A DNA stretch of 31,356 bases from a virus (Duplodnaviria > Caudoviricetes): positions 1 to 31,356 of the IMG/VR virus record IMGVR_UViG_3300010366_000040; one strand, written 5' to 3'. Positions 6,615-16,742 of this stretch are shown here, one piece after another. How positions within the stretch are numbered: the first letter of the stretch is position 1; the number at the start of each line of letters is the position of its first letter. The position numbers and the translations under genes were made by a program. A model generated the notes under the pieces. The model worked only from the letters and a program-made list of their open reading frames with translations. It ran no database searches and was not told the DNA's origin.

Positions 6615-9600
6615 TGGAGGCGTAGTCCTTCTTGGCCTTGGAGACGGCCTTCCGGTAGCTCACGAGCGGGGCGAGGATGCCGGGCACGCCGTACTGCGTG
6701 TTGCCGTACAGGAACGCGTCGACGTACAGGCCCATCGAGGTGTCGGGCAGCGTCGAGGGCTGGGGGATCGAAGCGCCTGGAAGGTAGCGCCGGTAGAGCG
6801 CGTACACCACCTCGGCGCGCTGACGGTCGGTGAGCGTCGGCTTGGTCTGGCCCTCCTTCTTCGGGTACCAGCCCGTGCTTCCGGCGATGTCCTTCTCCTT
6901 CAGCGCCACCAGGTCTTCGTAGGCCTGCTGAACGAACAGCGCGTGGCGCACGCTCTGCGGGATCTGGCTGGTCTGAACCCCGGCGCGCTTGGCCGTCGCG
7001 GCGATCTTGTCCTGCGTCTTCTGGGCCGTGGTCTTCTGGTTCTGCTGGGTCTGGAAGGCGTGCAGGCGGACGAGGCTGACGTCCTGGGGCAGGAAGCGGG
7101 TGAACTTGCGGGTGGTGACGTCGAGCGGGCCGCGGTCGGTGTAGACCTTCGAGCGCTTCGACGGGTCGAGGAGCTGGCGGCCGTACTGGCCGAACGGGAC
7201 GAAGTTGAGCGCGTTGTCGATGAGCGCGTCCCGGCCGCCAGTCGCCTGCCCGTAGTCGTTCATGCCCGTGGCGAGCTGGATGCCTCCGGCGATGAACGGC
7301 TGCAAGAAGTCGGACAGCTTCGTGCCCGCGGCCAGGTTGTGGTTCTGGGCGACCGACTGGATGTTCGAGATCAGCGTGTCGATCGTCGTCGCGGCCTGCG
7401 ACGTCGGGGAGAACTGCATCACGTTCATCACCCGGGCGAGCCCGCCCTTGGCCTCGCCGAGCGGGATCAGGTCGCGGTAGTTGAGCGGAACGTCGCCCAT
7501 GATCGCCTTGCGGCGCTGCTCCTCCGCGTAGCCGAGCTGCGCCGAGATCCCCGTCGCGAGCGGGTACTCGCGCGCGTAGTAGAACGGCCACGCCGTCGCG
7601 CCGCGGATCCACGGCCAGATGAACAGGAAGCGGGTCAGGTGCAGCCGCTCCCAGTCGGCGAGGCGGTCGAAGTTGACCATGATCTCGGTGGCGCGGTTGC
7701 CGATGATCTCGCGGTTGCGCAGGTCGCGCGGCGTCTCGCCGCGCAGCAGCGCCTTCTGCTTCTCGGCGGTGTCGTAGCCCATCCGCTTGGCCTCGTAGAT
7801 CCAGGCGGCGATGCGCGGCATCTTGTCCGGGGCCGCCGTGATCCGGCGCAGCGCCGCCTCCTCCTTCGAGCGGAAATAGTGGCTGAGCTGCCCGCCCCGG
7901 CCGTACTGGGCGGCGGCGAGCGCGGGCAGCTCGCCCGTCTCGACCGCGACCAGGGTCGCCAGGTCGGAGTCGGAGTGCATCATCTTCGCCGCCTTGAGCA
8001 GGTTCTGGGCCGCGAGCGGGCCCTGCTGGGCGAGCAGGAAGAAGCTGTTGCCGATGAAATTGATGGGGATATAGCTGGGATTGGTGTAAATCATGCTCCA
8101 GCGCGCGATCGTGTTGGTGATGTCCCAGCCCTTGCCGAGGATGTTCGAGGGGCCGCGCATCTGGCGGAAGAGCTGTTGGACGTGGTTCTTGTCGACGACG
8201 TAGATGTTCAGCTTCAGCCGCGCCTCGGCGAGGGCGCGCTCCGGGTCGCCGCTCTCGCGCGCGTACGCCTCCAGCTCCTGGCGGAACTCGCCGCCGTCCT
8301 TGAACAGGTTGTCGGCGTAGTCCTTGAGCGTGGCTTCGAGCACCTCCGGGTCGCGGCCCTCCAGGGCGGTCATCACCTTCTGGACGTCGGCGGTCGAGCC
8401 GGTGGTCGCCGCCTTCAGGGAGGCGCGCTGAAGCTGCGGCAGCGGCGTCCCGTCCATGACCAAGACCATGTTGTCGGTGATGGGCTCGTCGGGCCGGAGC
8501 TTGCGCCCGACGTCCTTCAGCCGGTCGCTCAGCTCCTTCACGAACGCGAACGCCTGCGCGTTGTTCCAGGCCTCGAACACCACCTTCGGGTCGGCGTGCA
8601 GGTCGCCGTTCTGCCAGCGCAGAAGCTGGTTGCGGACGTTCAGGTTCAGGTACGACTGGTCAGGCTTGCCGACCGTCTGCCCGGTGAGCGCCTTCGCGGG
8701 ACGGTCGAAGATCCGCATCTTCTGCCCAGCGACCGAGCCGTGGTGGACATAGGTTGCGGTGCCGCGGGCGAAGTCGTCGGGGATCAGGCCCTGCTCGGCG
8801 AGAAAGTCGGCCATCAGGTCGACGCGCTGGGAGAACACCTCGTCGTAGCGGCTGCCGAAGATCGAGCGCAGGATCTCGTCGCGCCGAGCCTGGAGCTGGT
8901 TGAGCGAGCCGAGCGCGCCCTCGAAGCCGGGGTCGTCCGGGTTGGCGAGCGCGTCCTCGATCGCCATCACGCGCTGGCGCAGGCCGGTGGTGCGGTCGAC
9001 GGCCGCCTGCGTCTCCTGGGCGACGACGTCCATGAGCTGCGAGTAGGTCGCGAGCACGGCGTCCTTCTCCGCTTCCGGGGCCGAGTCGAAGTCGCCGTAC
9101 TTCTCGTCGATCGCCTTGCGCTGCCCGTCGAGCTTCTCCTGCAGGCCGACGCGGGAGCGGCGGTAGTCGCGCATCGCGCCGCGCCGCCGCAGCGCCGCCA
9201 GCTCGTTCGAGGAGTACTCCCACAAAGTGTGGGCCTGTGTCGCGCGCAGCTCGTGCGGGATCGACGTCATCATCCCCGCGACCCGAAACACGTTGTCGTC
9301 GTTGTAGGTGCCGAACAGCCGGTCGAAGACGGCGCGCACCGGCTCGGGCATCGGGCCGAGCCTGGCCTCCGCGCCGTAGATCGAGCGCATCCACGCCTTC
9401 ATGTGCGCGAACGTGTCGACCAGCTCGGGCGTGGGCCCACGGCCCTCCATGAAGTAGCGCTCAGCCATGCGAGCGAAGCGCTCGTGGTCGGCTCTGTCCC
9501 ACTCGGCGAGCGGCTTGCCGAAGAAGGCCTCGACGTCGGCCCACTCCTTCGGGTACGCGCGGCTGATCTCGTTGACGCCGTGGCCGTACAGCTCGTGCAG

Positions 9601-12600
9601 CAGCGTCGAGACGTCGGCCTGCTTGGTGAGGTAGAGGATGCGCCCGCCCTCGGGCGTGTTCAGGAACTGAACCGCGCCGAGCAGATCGCCCTTGCGGCTC
9701 TGGGCAAGCCGCTCGACGGGCGGGGGCCCGCGCGGCTGCGCTACTCCTGGCTCTGCTGGGGCTCGCTCGGCGGCGAGCTGGGTGTGCCGCTCGGCGGCGG
9801 CGGCGGAGTCTGCTGTGAACTCGTCCCTGAGGGCCTGCGCCTCACTGGCGAGCCGATCAGCAAGCCCCCGGAGCCGTAGAACTTGTCCAGGTCTTCCTGC
9901 GTTGCCGGTACTAGATTCGATGGCACTGTCGTAACCCTCCGTTCCGGTTGACCAGTCGTTCTCGACGAGATCCCCGTCGCTCACATGGTACCCGCCCTTG
10001 TGGCCGGGCAGCACCTCGCCGATCGCCGCGTCGACCTGGCCCTGGAAGCTTTCGGAGTACCCCTTGCCGGGAGCGAAGTTCGGGATGTCGTCGCGCCACG
10101 GGGCCTTGCGCAGGTAAACGCCCTGCTTCCCGGCGTGGACGACGAACACGCGCTCGCCCTCGCCGACGGGGTTGAGCAGGTCGTAGAGCCGGACGGCCTC
10201 CTCGTCGGTGGCCGCGCGTCCGAGGTCGACGAACACCGTCTCGGCGTGCCCGCGCGTGGTATGCACGAACGGCCGGGCCCAGGCGACGGCGTCCTGCAGT
10301 GTCGCCCGTCCGATCGCCGCCGAGACGTAGGTGAACATGGCGCGGTCGGTCGGTGAGACGGTGTACTTGATGCCCTTGGCCTGGGCGGCGACGGTGCGCA
10401 CAACGGCACCGGACGCGGCTGCGCGCTCGTACATGCCGGGCCCCAGCTCGGAGCCGAGGTGGAGAACCCCGGCGTCGGTGAGGAAGTTGTCGACGAGGTG
10501 AGTGTTGGCGACGAGGAACGCCTGCCGCGTCTCGGGATCCCAGCTCTTGTACAGGTCGCCGAACGCGCCCGCGAACGTCTCGCCCGGCGCGACCTCGTAA
10601 TTGATCAGACCGTGGTGGCGGCTCATCGCCTGGGCGAAATCGACGTTGGCGCTGACGTCGTCGGAGATGTCCTTGATCGCCGTCCAGATCGCCGCCTGAA
10701 CCTGCTTCGGCTTCCAGCGCTTCTCCTTGGCGAGCTGCTCTACGACCGACTCGATCACGTCGTAGCGGCCCTCGGTGACACCCTTGCGCAGGTAGCCGAA
10801 CACTCGGGCCATCCACATGTCGGCGGTGACCGAGCCTAGGGTTTTCTGGCCCTTGTAGATCCGGCCCTCCTTCAGGGCCCGAGCCTGCTCCTCCTTGCTA
10901 AGGGTGCGCTCGCGTTTCCAGCGCGGCCTGTCGATGTCCTCCAGGAAATTGCGGTAGAAGTTGTTGGTCTTGCGGCCCTCCCAATCCTTGGTGCCGTTGA
11001 GGGCGTTGGTGGCCGCCTCGATCTGCCAGTCCTGGCCGTTCGTGATCTCGTGGTCGGTGAGCCAGGCGTTGTAGGCCTTGATCGCCTCGCCGAGGTTCGG
11101 GATGACCGCCTTCTGCGGTGAGTAGATCGCGACGAGCTGGGCGATCTTGGCCGCCGTTTCCTTGTCGCCGTTCGCCATCCGCAGGATCGACTTGGCCGAG
11201 TTCTCGTACCAGTACCGGCCCGCCTTGCCCCGGTTCATCAGCTCGGTCAGGAGGGCCATGAGCCGCTCCATGTCCTGCGGCGTCTTGCCGTGCAGGGGGA
11301 GCGCGCCCGAGCGGCCCTTGTACGCGTTCACGAGCCGGGTCGCGAGCGTGCGTCGTGCCGGGCTCTCCGGAACCATCCCCTTGGAGGCCTGTGAGCTGTT
11401 CCAGACGCGGGAGTACAGCTCGTCCTCGATCGCCTTGTCGAGCTTCGCCTTCGCCTCGACGCGCGGCTTCGACACCTCGTCGAGATGCTCTCTGGCGGCG
11501 GCGCGCTCGGGATGGTGCGGATCCTTGTGCTTCTTCTTCGCCGCCTCGTGCGCCTTCTTCGCGGCGTTGACCTCGTCCTTCGTTTCGGCCTTGACCTGCT
11601 CGTAGTTGGCCTCCTCGGTTTCCAGCTTGTGGACGAGATCGCCGTGCTCCTTGTTGAACACGAGCCGCCCGGATACCTCGGAGCGTGGGATCTCGCCCTT
11701 CGGGTCGAGCCGGTCGGCGTTGATCGCCGGGGCCTTCCTCGTCTGGGTCAGCGCCTCCTCGGGCACGAGGCCGTGCTCGTAGTGCTCCAGCAGATGGACG
11801 CTGTGGAGGTTGAACCCGTCGGCGGCGGTGTAGTACTCGCCGGGATCCTGGCCCGGATGCTCCTTCGCCCACTGCCGCGCGGCCGTGTCGAAGATGCCCA
11901 TCAGCGCCTGGTGCTGCTCTGGCGTCACGTTCGGGAGCTGCTGGATGTGGTCGCTCAGCTCGGTGCGGCGCGGGGACTCGACCGCGGGCTGCTCGATCGT
12001 GAGGTCGTCGAGCTGCGCCTTGAGCGCGTTCCGCTCGCGCACAAGGTGGTTGATGTCGTCGCGCGCCGCACCGATCCGGCGTCCGCGTGTCTCCGCGTCG
12101 AGCGTGTCATCGGCCTCGGTGTCGCGGAGGTACTGGCGGATCTGGCGGAGATGATCCTCGGCGGCGAGGATCGAGTAGTTGAGACGGCCCTGCTCGTGGT
12201 GGACGTCGGCGATGCGGGTGAGCCAGCGGTCGCGCCCGGCCTTCTCGACCTGGGCCCGGAACTTCTTCACCTCGTTCATGAGCTGGCGCTCGCGCGGGGT
12301 CAGCCGCCGGTCGCGCATCACCGGCCGCCCGGCGAGCATCCGCTCGGTGTCGGCGAGCATGCCGCGGAGCCAGACCTCCTCGGGCACGTTCGCGGGCTTC
12401 TGCAGGGTGTGGAACAGCCGCTCGCCGCGTGAGGGATCCTCGCCGACGAAGTCCTTGACCTGGTGCCACAGCACCGCGCCCTGAGCGGCCATGCGGCGAA
12501 CGTTGCGCTTCATCTGGTTCTTCTCCGCCCGCAGCCCGCGCCGGGTCGGTGTCGTCCACACGCTCGCGGCGCGCTTGTCGCCGACGGCCCGTTCCAGGCC

Positions 12601-14034
12601 GCGGGTAGCGACGTCGTAGCCGCGCACGAACCCGCGGGTCAGCGGGTGCTTCGGCTCGTCGAGGACTTGCGGGCGCGGCGTGACGTGCTCGCCGCGGATC
12701 GTGACCGTGCGCGGCGTGTGTGTAGCCTCGACGTGCGGGAACTCGCCGAGCCGGGTCGGGTCGCGCGAGAGCGCCCGAGCCTCCCGCCACGTCGCCCCGG
12801 CCGCCATGAAGCGGGCCTCGCTGACCAGCCTGGCCCCGGGCGCGACGACGGTGAGCGCGTCGACGAGGTGGATCAGCGGCTCGTTGTAGCCGTTCATGAC
12901 GGCCTGCTTGAAGCTGACGTCGGGCCCGTACTTGCTGGTGATGTCGTCCATGACCTGCTTGATCACCTGGTTGACGAACGCCGCCCGCTGGTTGTCCTTC
13001 AGATTCGGGTTCAGGAGCAGGTTCGGGAGCGACACGCCCAGGCCGACCGCGAGCGCGCCCTGGCCGCGGATCATGTCGACCATCTCGTTCGCCGCCCTGA
13101 TCGGGTGGGCCACGATCCCCGCCGTCGCGAGCGGCACGCCAGCTCCGACCTTCGCGAGCCCCTCGCCGACGGTCAGCGCCTGCTGCCCCGTAGGCAGCGG
13201 GATCACGCTGGCCTGCAGCCGCGTCTGCGTCTCGTCCGGCGCGGGGCCGCCCCAGCGGCCTCCGCTGCGCGCGCGGATGGCGTCGAGGGCCTTCTTGGTT
13301 TCGATCGCGCCGCCCATCACGAACTTCGCCCCGAGCCCCGCCAGGGCCCCACCGGCCTGCTCGCCCGTCCGGGCAGCCGCCCCGGCCATCCCTCCGAGCG
13401 TCCAGTCCCTGTTGACCCTGTCAACCCAGTCGCGGTAGTTCTCGAACGAACGCACCGGATGCTCGACAACCGGGGCGGCCTCCTTGCCGATCCCGGTGAT
13501 GGCACGCACCTCGGGCGGGACAGCGGCGTGCAGAGCCCTGTCCCACAGGCTCGGCCTCGGCGGCGGCGGGGCCGCAGCAGCGGCCCGACGCTGCGCGTCG
13601 GCCGCGAGCATCTGCTTCTTCTTCGCCGGATCCATCGTGGTCGCGAGAACATGGCGGGCAGCCGGGCTGGCGTAGCTCGCGACGGCGACGTCGTAGCGGT
13701 CGTTGATCGCCTTCGACGACGGCACCGGGATCATCGGCTGGCCGCGCCGATAAGGCGCAAACGCCGGGCTCGGCGGCGGCCTGTTGCCGGGCACCTTCAG
13801 CTCGGCGGGGAACAGGCGGCTCTCGGCGTCCTGGATCGTCGCCCACTTCTGGATCTGGCTCGGGCCACGCTGACGCCCGCCCCCCTTCGGGGGCGCGGGA
13901 ACGTCGGCGGCCTTCGAGGCGGCCCGGGCCCGTCGGGCAACGGGCTCTGCCCTCTTGAGCGTGGCCTTGACTCCGGAGCTGACGTCGGCAGCCGGAGCGA
14001 ACGCGGCGAAGAGGCCTTTGCGCGGTCTAGGCAC
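6607..14034 (-). CDS. giant internal virion / ejection (polyvalent) protein, 2475 aa
   Basis: Long ORF with GC3-rich codons, placed after nozzle and ejection genes. Contains an HhH-glycosylase-like region, a zincin-like STLLHELYGH...HERFAR region and an LPD-like helical C-terminus. Confidence 0.85.
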   Translation of the reverse strand: MPRPRKGLFAAFAPAADVSSGVKATLKRAEPVARRARAASKAADVPAPPKGGGRQRGPSQIQKWATIQDAESRLFPAELKVPGNRPPPSPAFAPYRRGQPMIPVPSSKAINDRYDVAVASYASPAARHVLATTMDPAKKKQMLAADAQRRAAAAAPPPPRPSLWDRALHAAVPPEVRAITGIGKEAAPVVEHPVRSFENYRDWVDRVNRDWTLGGMAGAAARTGEQAGGALAGLGAKFVMGGAIETKKALDAIRARSGGRWGGPAPDETQTRLQASVIPLPTGQQALTVGEGLAKVGAGVPLATAGIVAHPIRAANEMVDMIRGQGALAVGLGVSLPNLLLNPNLKDNQRAAFVNQVIKQVMDDITSKYGPDVSFKQAVMNGYNEPLIHLVDALTVVAPGARLVSEARFMAAGATWREARALSRDPTRLGEFPHVEATHTPRTVTIRGEHVTPRPQVLDEPKHPLTRGFVRGYDVATRGLERAVGDKRAASVWTTPTRRGLRAEKNQMKRNVRRMAAQGAVLWHQVKDFVGEDPSRGERLFHTLQKPANVPEEVWLRGMLADTERMLAGRPVMRDRRLTPRERQLMNEVKKFRAQVEKAGRDRWLTRIADVHHEQGRLNYSILAAEDHLRQIRQYLRDTEADDTLDAETRGRRIGAARDDINHLVRERNALKAQLDDLTIEQPAVESPRRTELSDHIQQLPNVTPEQHQALMGIFDTAARQWAKEHPGQDPGEYYTAADGFNLHSVHLLEHYEHGLVPEEALTQTRKAPAINADRLDPKGEIPRSEVSGRLVFNKEHGDLVHKLETEEANYEQVKAETKDEVNAAKKAHEAAKKKHKDPHHPERAAAREHLDEVSKPRVEAKAKLDKAIEDELYSRVWNSSQASKGMVPESPARRTLATRLVNAYKGRSGALPLHGKTPQDMERLMALLTELMNRGKAGRYWYENSAKSILRMANGDKETAAKIAQLVAIYSPQKAVIPNLGEAIKAYNAWLTDHEITNGQDWQIEAATNALNGTKDWEGRKTNNFYRNFLEDIDRPRWKRERTLSKEEQARALKEGRIYKGQKTLGSVTADMWMARVFGYLRKGVTEGRYDVIESVVEQLAKEKRWKPKQVQAAIWTAIKDISDDVSANVDFAQAMSRHHGLINYEVAPGETFAGAFGDLYKSWDPETRQAFLVANTHLVDNFLTDAGVLHLGSELGPGMYERAAASGAVVRTVAAQAKGIKYTVSPTDRAMFTYVSAAIGRATLQDAVAWARPFVHTTRGHAETVFVDLGRAATDEEAVRLYDLLNPVGEGERVFVVHAGKQGVYLRKAPWRDDIPNFAPGKGYSESFQGQVDAAIGEVLPGHKGGYHVSDGDLVENDWSTGTEGYDSAIESSTGNAGRPGQVLRLRGLADRLASEAQALRDEFTADSAAAAERHTQLAAERAPAEPGVAQPRGPPPVERLAQSRKGDLLGAVQFLNTPEGGRILYLTKQADVSTLLHELYGHGVNEISRAYPKEWADVEAFFGKPLAEWDRADHERFARMAERYFMEGRGPTPELVDTFAHMKAWMRSIYGAEARLGPMPEPVRAVFDRLFGTYNDDNVFRVAGMMTSIPHELRATQAHTLWEYSSNELAALRRRGAMRDYRRSRVGLQEKLDGQRKAIDEKYGDFDSAPEAEKDAVLATYSQLMDVVAQETQAAVDRTTGLRQRVMAIEDALANPDDPGFEGALGSLNQLQARRDEILRSIFGSRYDEVFSQRVDLMADFLAEQGLIPDDFARGTATYVHHGSVAGQKMRIFDRPAKALTGQTVGKPDQSYLNLNVRNQLLRWQNGDLHADPKVVFEAWNNAQAFAFVKELSDRLKDVGRKLRPDEPITDNMVLVMDGTPLPQLQRASLKAATTGSTADVQKVMTALEGRDPEVLEATLKDYADNLFKDGGEFRQELEAYARESGDPERALAEARLKLNIYVVDKNHVQQLFRQMRGPSNILGKGWDITNTIARWSMIYTNPSYIPINFIGNSFFLLAQQGPLAAQNLLKAAKMMHSDSDLATLVAVETGELPALAAAQYGRGGQLSHYFRSKEEAALRRITAAPDKMPRIAAWIYEAKRMGYDTAEKQKALLRGETPRDLRNREIIGNRATEIMVNFDRLADWERLHLTRFLFIWPWIRGATAWPFYYAREYPLATGISAQLGYAEEQRRKAIMGDVPLNYRDLIPLGEAKGGLARVMNVMQFSPTSQAATTIDTLISNIQSVAQNHNLAAGTKLSDFLQPFIAGGIQLATGMNDYGQATGGRDALIDNALNFVPFGQYGRQLLDPSKRSKVYTDRGPLDVTTRKFTRFLPQDVSLVRLHAFQTQQNQKTTAQKTQDKIAATAKRAGVQTSQIPQSVRHALFVQQAYEDLVALKEKDIAGSTGWYPKKEGQTKPTLTDRQRAEVVYALYRRYLPGASIPQPSTLPDTSMGLYVDAFLYGNTQYGVPGILAPLVSYRKAVSKAKKDYASSG
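9741..9926 (-). CDS. putative nested out-of-frame gene (61 aa) inside the giant ORF
   Basis: SD GGAGG 9 nt before GTG; the GC3 bias locally switches from the host frame to this frame. Confidence 0.5.
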   Translation of the reverse strand: MPSNLVPATQEDLDKFYGSGGLLIGSPVRRRPSGTSSQQTPPPPPSGTPSSPPSEPQQSQE

Positions 14035-15691
14035 CGACGGCCTTCCAGATGTTGAAGCCGGGCCCGTACTTCCGCTGCTCCGGCGGCCTCGGGGTCTGGC
14101 TCACCACCTGGTCGGCGATCTCGCCGAGGATCCTCTCGACGGTCTTGCCCTGGTTCGGGTAGGCGGTGAGCAGGTCACCGGCAAGCGGCCTCAGGAACTT
14201 GACGATCTGCCCGCGCGTCCACGCCTTGCCTGTCTTCGGGTCGACGCCCTGCAGCTTCGTCGGCGTCAACGGGTTGCCGATGTTCAGGGCCTTCGCGATC
14301 GACGAGGTCATCGTCTTGCGCAGGTTCTGCAGCTCGTACAGCTTCGGCGTCTTCGTCTTCGCCGTGCTCGCCGTCTTGCCCTTGACCGCGACCGGGAAAC
14401 CGTTCTTGCCGATCACCGTCCCGGCGGGGAGCTTCGCGAAGCTCTTCGTGTTCGGGTTCCACCACAGCCCCGCGGCCTGCGCCCTGCGGTAGATGGCGTT
14501 CCGGTCGGACTGCGTCTGCACTTTCGCCAGATCGACCTGGAGCTGGGCCGCGTCCTTCCACTGCTTCTCGCTGAGCTGGCTGTTCTGGTACGCCTTCTTC
14601 CAGGCCAGCTCCTTGCCGCTGAGCCCGACCTTGCTGTCGAGGTAGGCGTTGTAGGCGTCGGCGCTCTTGCCCTTGATGTCCATCCCCTGCTGCTGGATGT
14701 CGAGCGTCTGCTGGTTCTGGGCCAGCTTGACCTTGTTCGCCTCCCAGTCGGCTGCCCCGCCGGTCAGCTTGGCGACGTTCGCAAGCGCCGTCTCCCGGTC
14801 GGTGCGCAGGCCCTCCAGGGCCTTCTCGACCAGGGCGGGCTTCTGCGCGATCTCCTTCGCGCGGTCGGCCGCAAGCTGCGCCTGCAGGTCGCCGACCTTC
14901 GCGCGGTACTGCTGCGCGATCCCGCCGATCCCGAGCACGTCGGCCATCCCCTGGCTGACGAGCCCGCGCTCGGCGTTCAGGCCCTGCTGGGCGAGGTCGG
15001 CGGCGGGCAGCGTGACGCCGGTCATCTGCTGCGTCGTGCGCATCGCCGCCGGGTCGTAGCCCTGCACGGTCTGGCCGGGGATCCCGCCGGTCATCTGGTC
15101 GACGGCAGCCTGAGCGGCCTGGGTCTGGTTCTGCCAATCCTGGGCGACCGCGCCCGTAAGCCCGGTGCCGAGCGTGCCGAGGAACTGGGCCGCGTTCTGG
15201 TAGCCCTCGGCGAGGTCGCCGCCCTGGGCGCGGTTCAGCCGCGCGAGCGCCTCGGCGAAGTTCCCGGCCCTGGTCGCCTGGTTGGACATCTGCCGCTGCT
15301 GCACCAGGCTGTTCTGGTTGAGCGCGGCGAGCACCGGGGCCAGCTCGGCAGCAACCGACTTGCGCGCGGTGCCGAGCAGGCTTCCGGGCGTCGGGATCCC
15401 GGCCTGGTACTTGGCGAGGATCGCCGCGTACGGGTTGTCGGCCGACCACTGGCTCGCCGGGGCCGCGCCACCGCCGCCACCGCCAGCGGCGGTCGCGGTC
15501 GGCCAAGGGCTGCCGCCGCCGCCCGCCGTGAAGTCGGGGGTCGGGCTGATCCAGCCCCGCTGCGCGGCGTTGAGCCCGCGCAGGCCCGCCTCGATGCTCG
15601 GAGTCATCGGCGACAGGTAGCCAGCGTTCATCTGCCCGGCGGCGCGAGCTGCTGCGGCCGGGCCTGTCGGCCTCACGAGTCTGATCGGCAT
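14027..15691 (-). CDS. internal virion / ejection protein (Q/A-rich, helical)
   Basis: 554 aa with Ala/Gln-rich coiled-coil composition, located upstream of the giant protein as in podoviruses. Confidence 0.75.
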   Translation of the reverse strand: MPIRLVRPTGPAAAARAAGQMNAGYLSPMTPSIEAGLRGLNAAQRGWISPTPDFTAGGGGSPWPTATAAGGGGGGAAPASQWSADNPYAAILAKYQAGIPTPGSLLGTARKSVAAELAPVLAALNQNSLVQQRQMSNQATRAGNFAEALARLNRAQGGDLAEGYQNAAQFLGTLGTGLTGAVAQDWQNQTQAAQAAVDQMTGGIPGQTVQGYDPAAMRTTQQMTGVTLPAADLAQQGLNAERGLVSQGMADVLGIGGIAQQYRAKVGDLQAQLAADRAKEIAQKPALVEKALEGLRTDRETALANVAKLTGGAADWEANKVKLAQNQQTLDIQQQGMDIKGKSADAYNAYLDSKVGLSGKELAWKKAYQNSQLSEKQWKDAAQLQVDLAKVQTQSDRNAIYRRAQAAGLWWNPNTKSFAKLPAGTVIGKNGFPVAVKGKTASTAKTKTPKLYELQNLRKTMTSSIAKALNIGNPLTPTKLQGVDPKTGKAWTRGQIVKFLRPLAGDLLTAYPNQGKTVERILGEIADQVVSQTPRPPEQRKYGPGFNIWKAVGA

Positions 15692-15692
15692 C

Positions 15693-16733
15693 TCAGTACC
15701 GCCTCACCTTGCCGGTCTTGCCGACCGGGTAGGCCCAGCCGCCGCCGCCGTAGCCGACCGGGACGGTGACCGCGGGCTTCTTGCCGGTGCCCTGCTGGAT
15801 CGTCGGCACGATCGACGAGAGCGCCTGCCCGGCGGGCGAGCCGTACGTCGGCGTCCCGGCGAGCGCCATCGGCTGCCCCTGCAGGGCGCTGGTGAGCGCG
15901 TCGGCGAAGCTCGACCAGTCGTTCGGCTGGTTCGTCGGGCCCTGCTGCTGCGACAGCCGGTTCGCGACCGCGTTCTTGGTGTTCTCCCACTGCAAGGCCG
16001 CGTTGTTCAACGCCTGCCCGTAGTTGCCCGCGCCCGTGTTGAGCGCGTCGAGCAGGTTCGCGAGCGCCTGGTTCGACTGGACGTCGTAGCTGCGCTGCAG
16101 CGCGTTTGTCTGCTGGGCCGCCGCGCCCGAACGTTCCCTCCCTGCTGCGGCAAGCTGGTAGGGGAGCGCGGCCTGGGCGTCGGCGAGCTGCCGGTCGAGC
16201 GTGGCCCTGGTCGAGAACTGGTTCCCGGCGGCGGTGTCGAGCGTCGACTGGTTGATGTCGCCCGAGTACTGGGCGAGATTGCCGAGCCGGTCTGAGCCGA
16301 GACTGGCGAACGGGTTGTAGCCCGAAGCGATGATCAGGTTGCGGAACGTGTTCGCGCGATCCTGGGCGGCGGTGTCCTGGGCGAGCGACCTGGTGCGCTC
16401 CCCCTCCTGCCACTGCCAGTCGGCCTGCAGCTCGTCCTGGGCCGGGGTGTGCGAAAGGGCCGCGGTGTCGGTGGGGCCGCCGAACTGTCCCACCAGGTTC
16501 TTGACCAGGGAGGAGTAGTCGGTGTTCACGCCCGGAAGCCCGGTCGGCATCGGCGCGGCAGCCGAGGTCGGCGAGGCCGGGACGCCGCCGCCGCCGACGG
16601 TCGGCGGGCGCGGAGGGGTGATCTTGATCGCGGGGGTCGGCGAGATGAAGCCCAGGTGGGCGGCGACCGCCGCGCGCGTGGCCGCACTCGTCGAGCCGAG
16701 CTGTCTGTAGCCGGGCACAGCCGAAAGCGCCAT
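15693..16733 (-). CDS. internal virion / ejection protein
   Basis: SD GAGGAGG; 346 aa, Q/A/N/G-rich; position after the tail genes. Confidence 0.7.
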   Translation of the reverse strand: MALSAVPGYRQLGSTSAATRAAVAAHLGFISPTPAIKITPPRPPTVGGGGVPASPTSAAAPMPTGLPGVNTDYSSLVKNLVGQFGGPTDTAALSHTPAQDELQADWQWQEGERTRSLAQDTAAQDRANTFRNLIIASGYNPFASLGSDRLGNLAQYSGDINQSTLDTAAGNQFSTRATLDRQLADAQAALPYQLAAAGRERSGAAAQQTNALQRSYDVQSNQALANLLDALNTGAGNYGQALNNAALQWENTKNAVANRLSQQQGPTNQPNDWSSFADALTSALQGQPMALAGTPTYGSPAGQALSSIVPTIQQGTGKKPAVTVPVGYGGGGWAYPVGKTGKVRRY

Positions 16734-16742
16734 GCGTCCTCC

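Noticed and set aside
6376-9879. 1167-aa plus-strand ORF and other long antisense ORFs (e.g. 12463-14055, 13955-15769, 29414-30916, 2401-3618)
   Set aside because: These are antisense shadows of GC3-rich genes, with no SD and no recognisable motifs.
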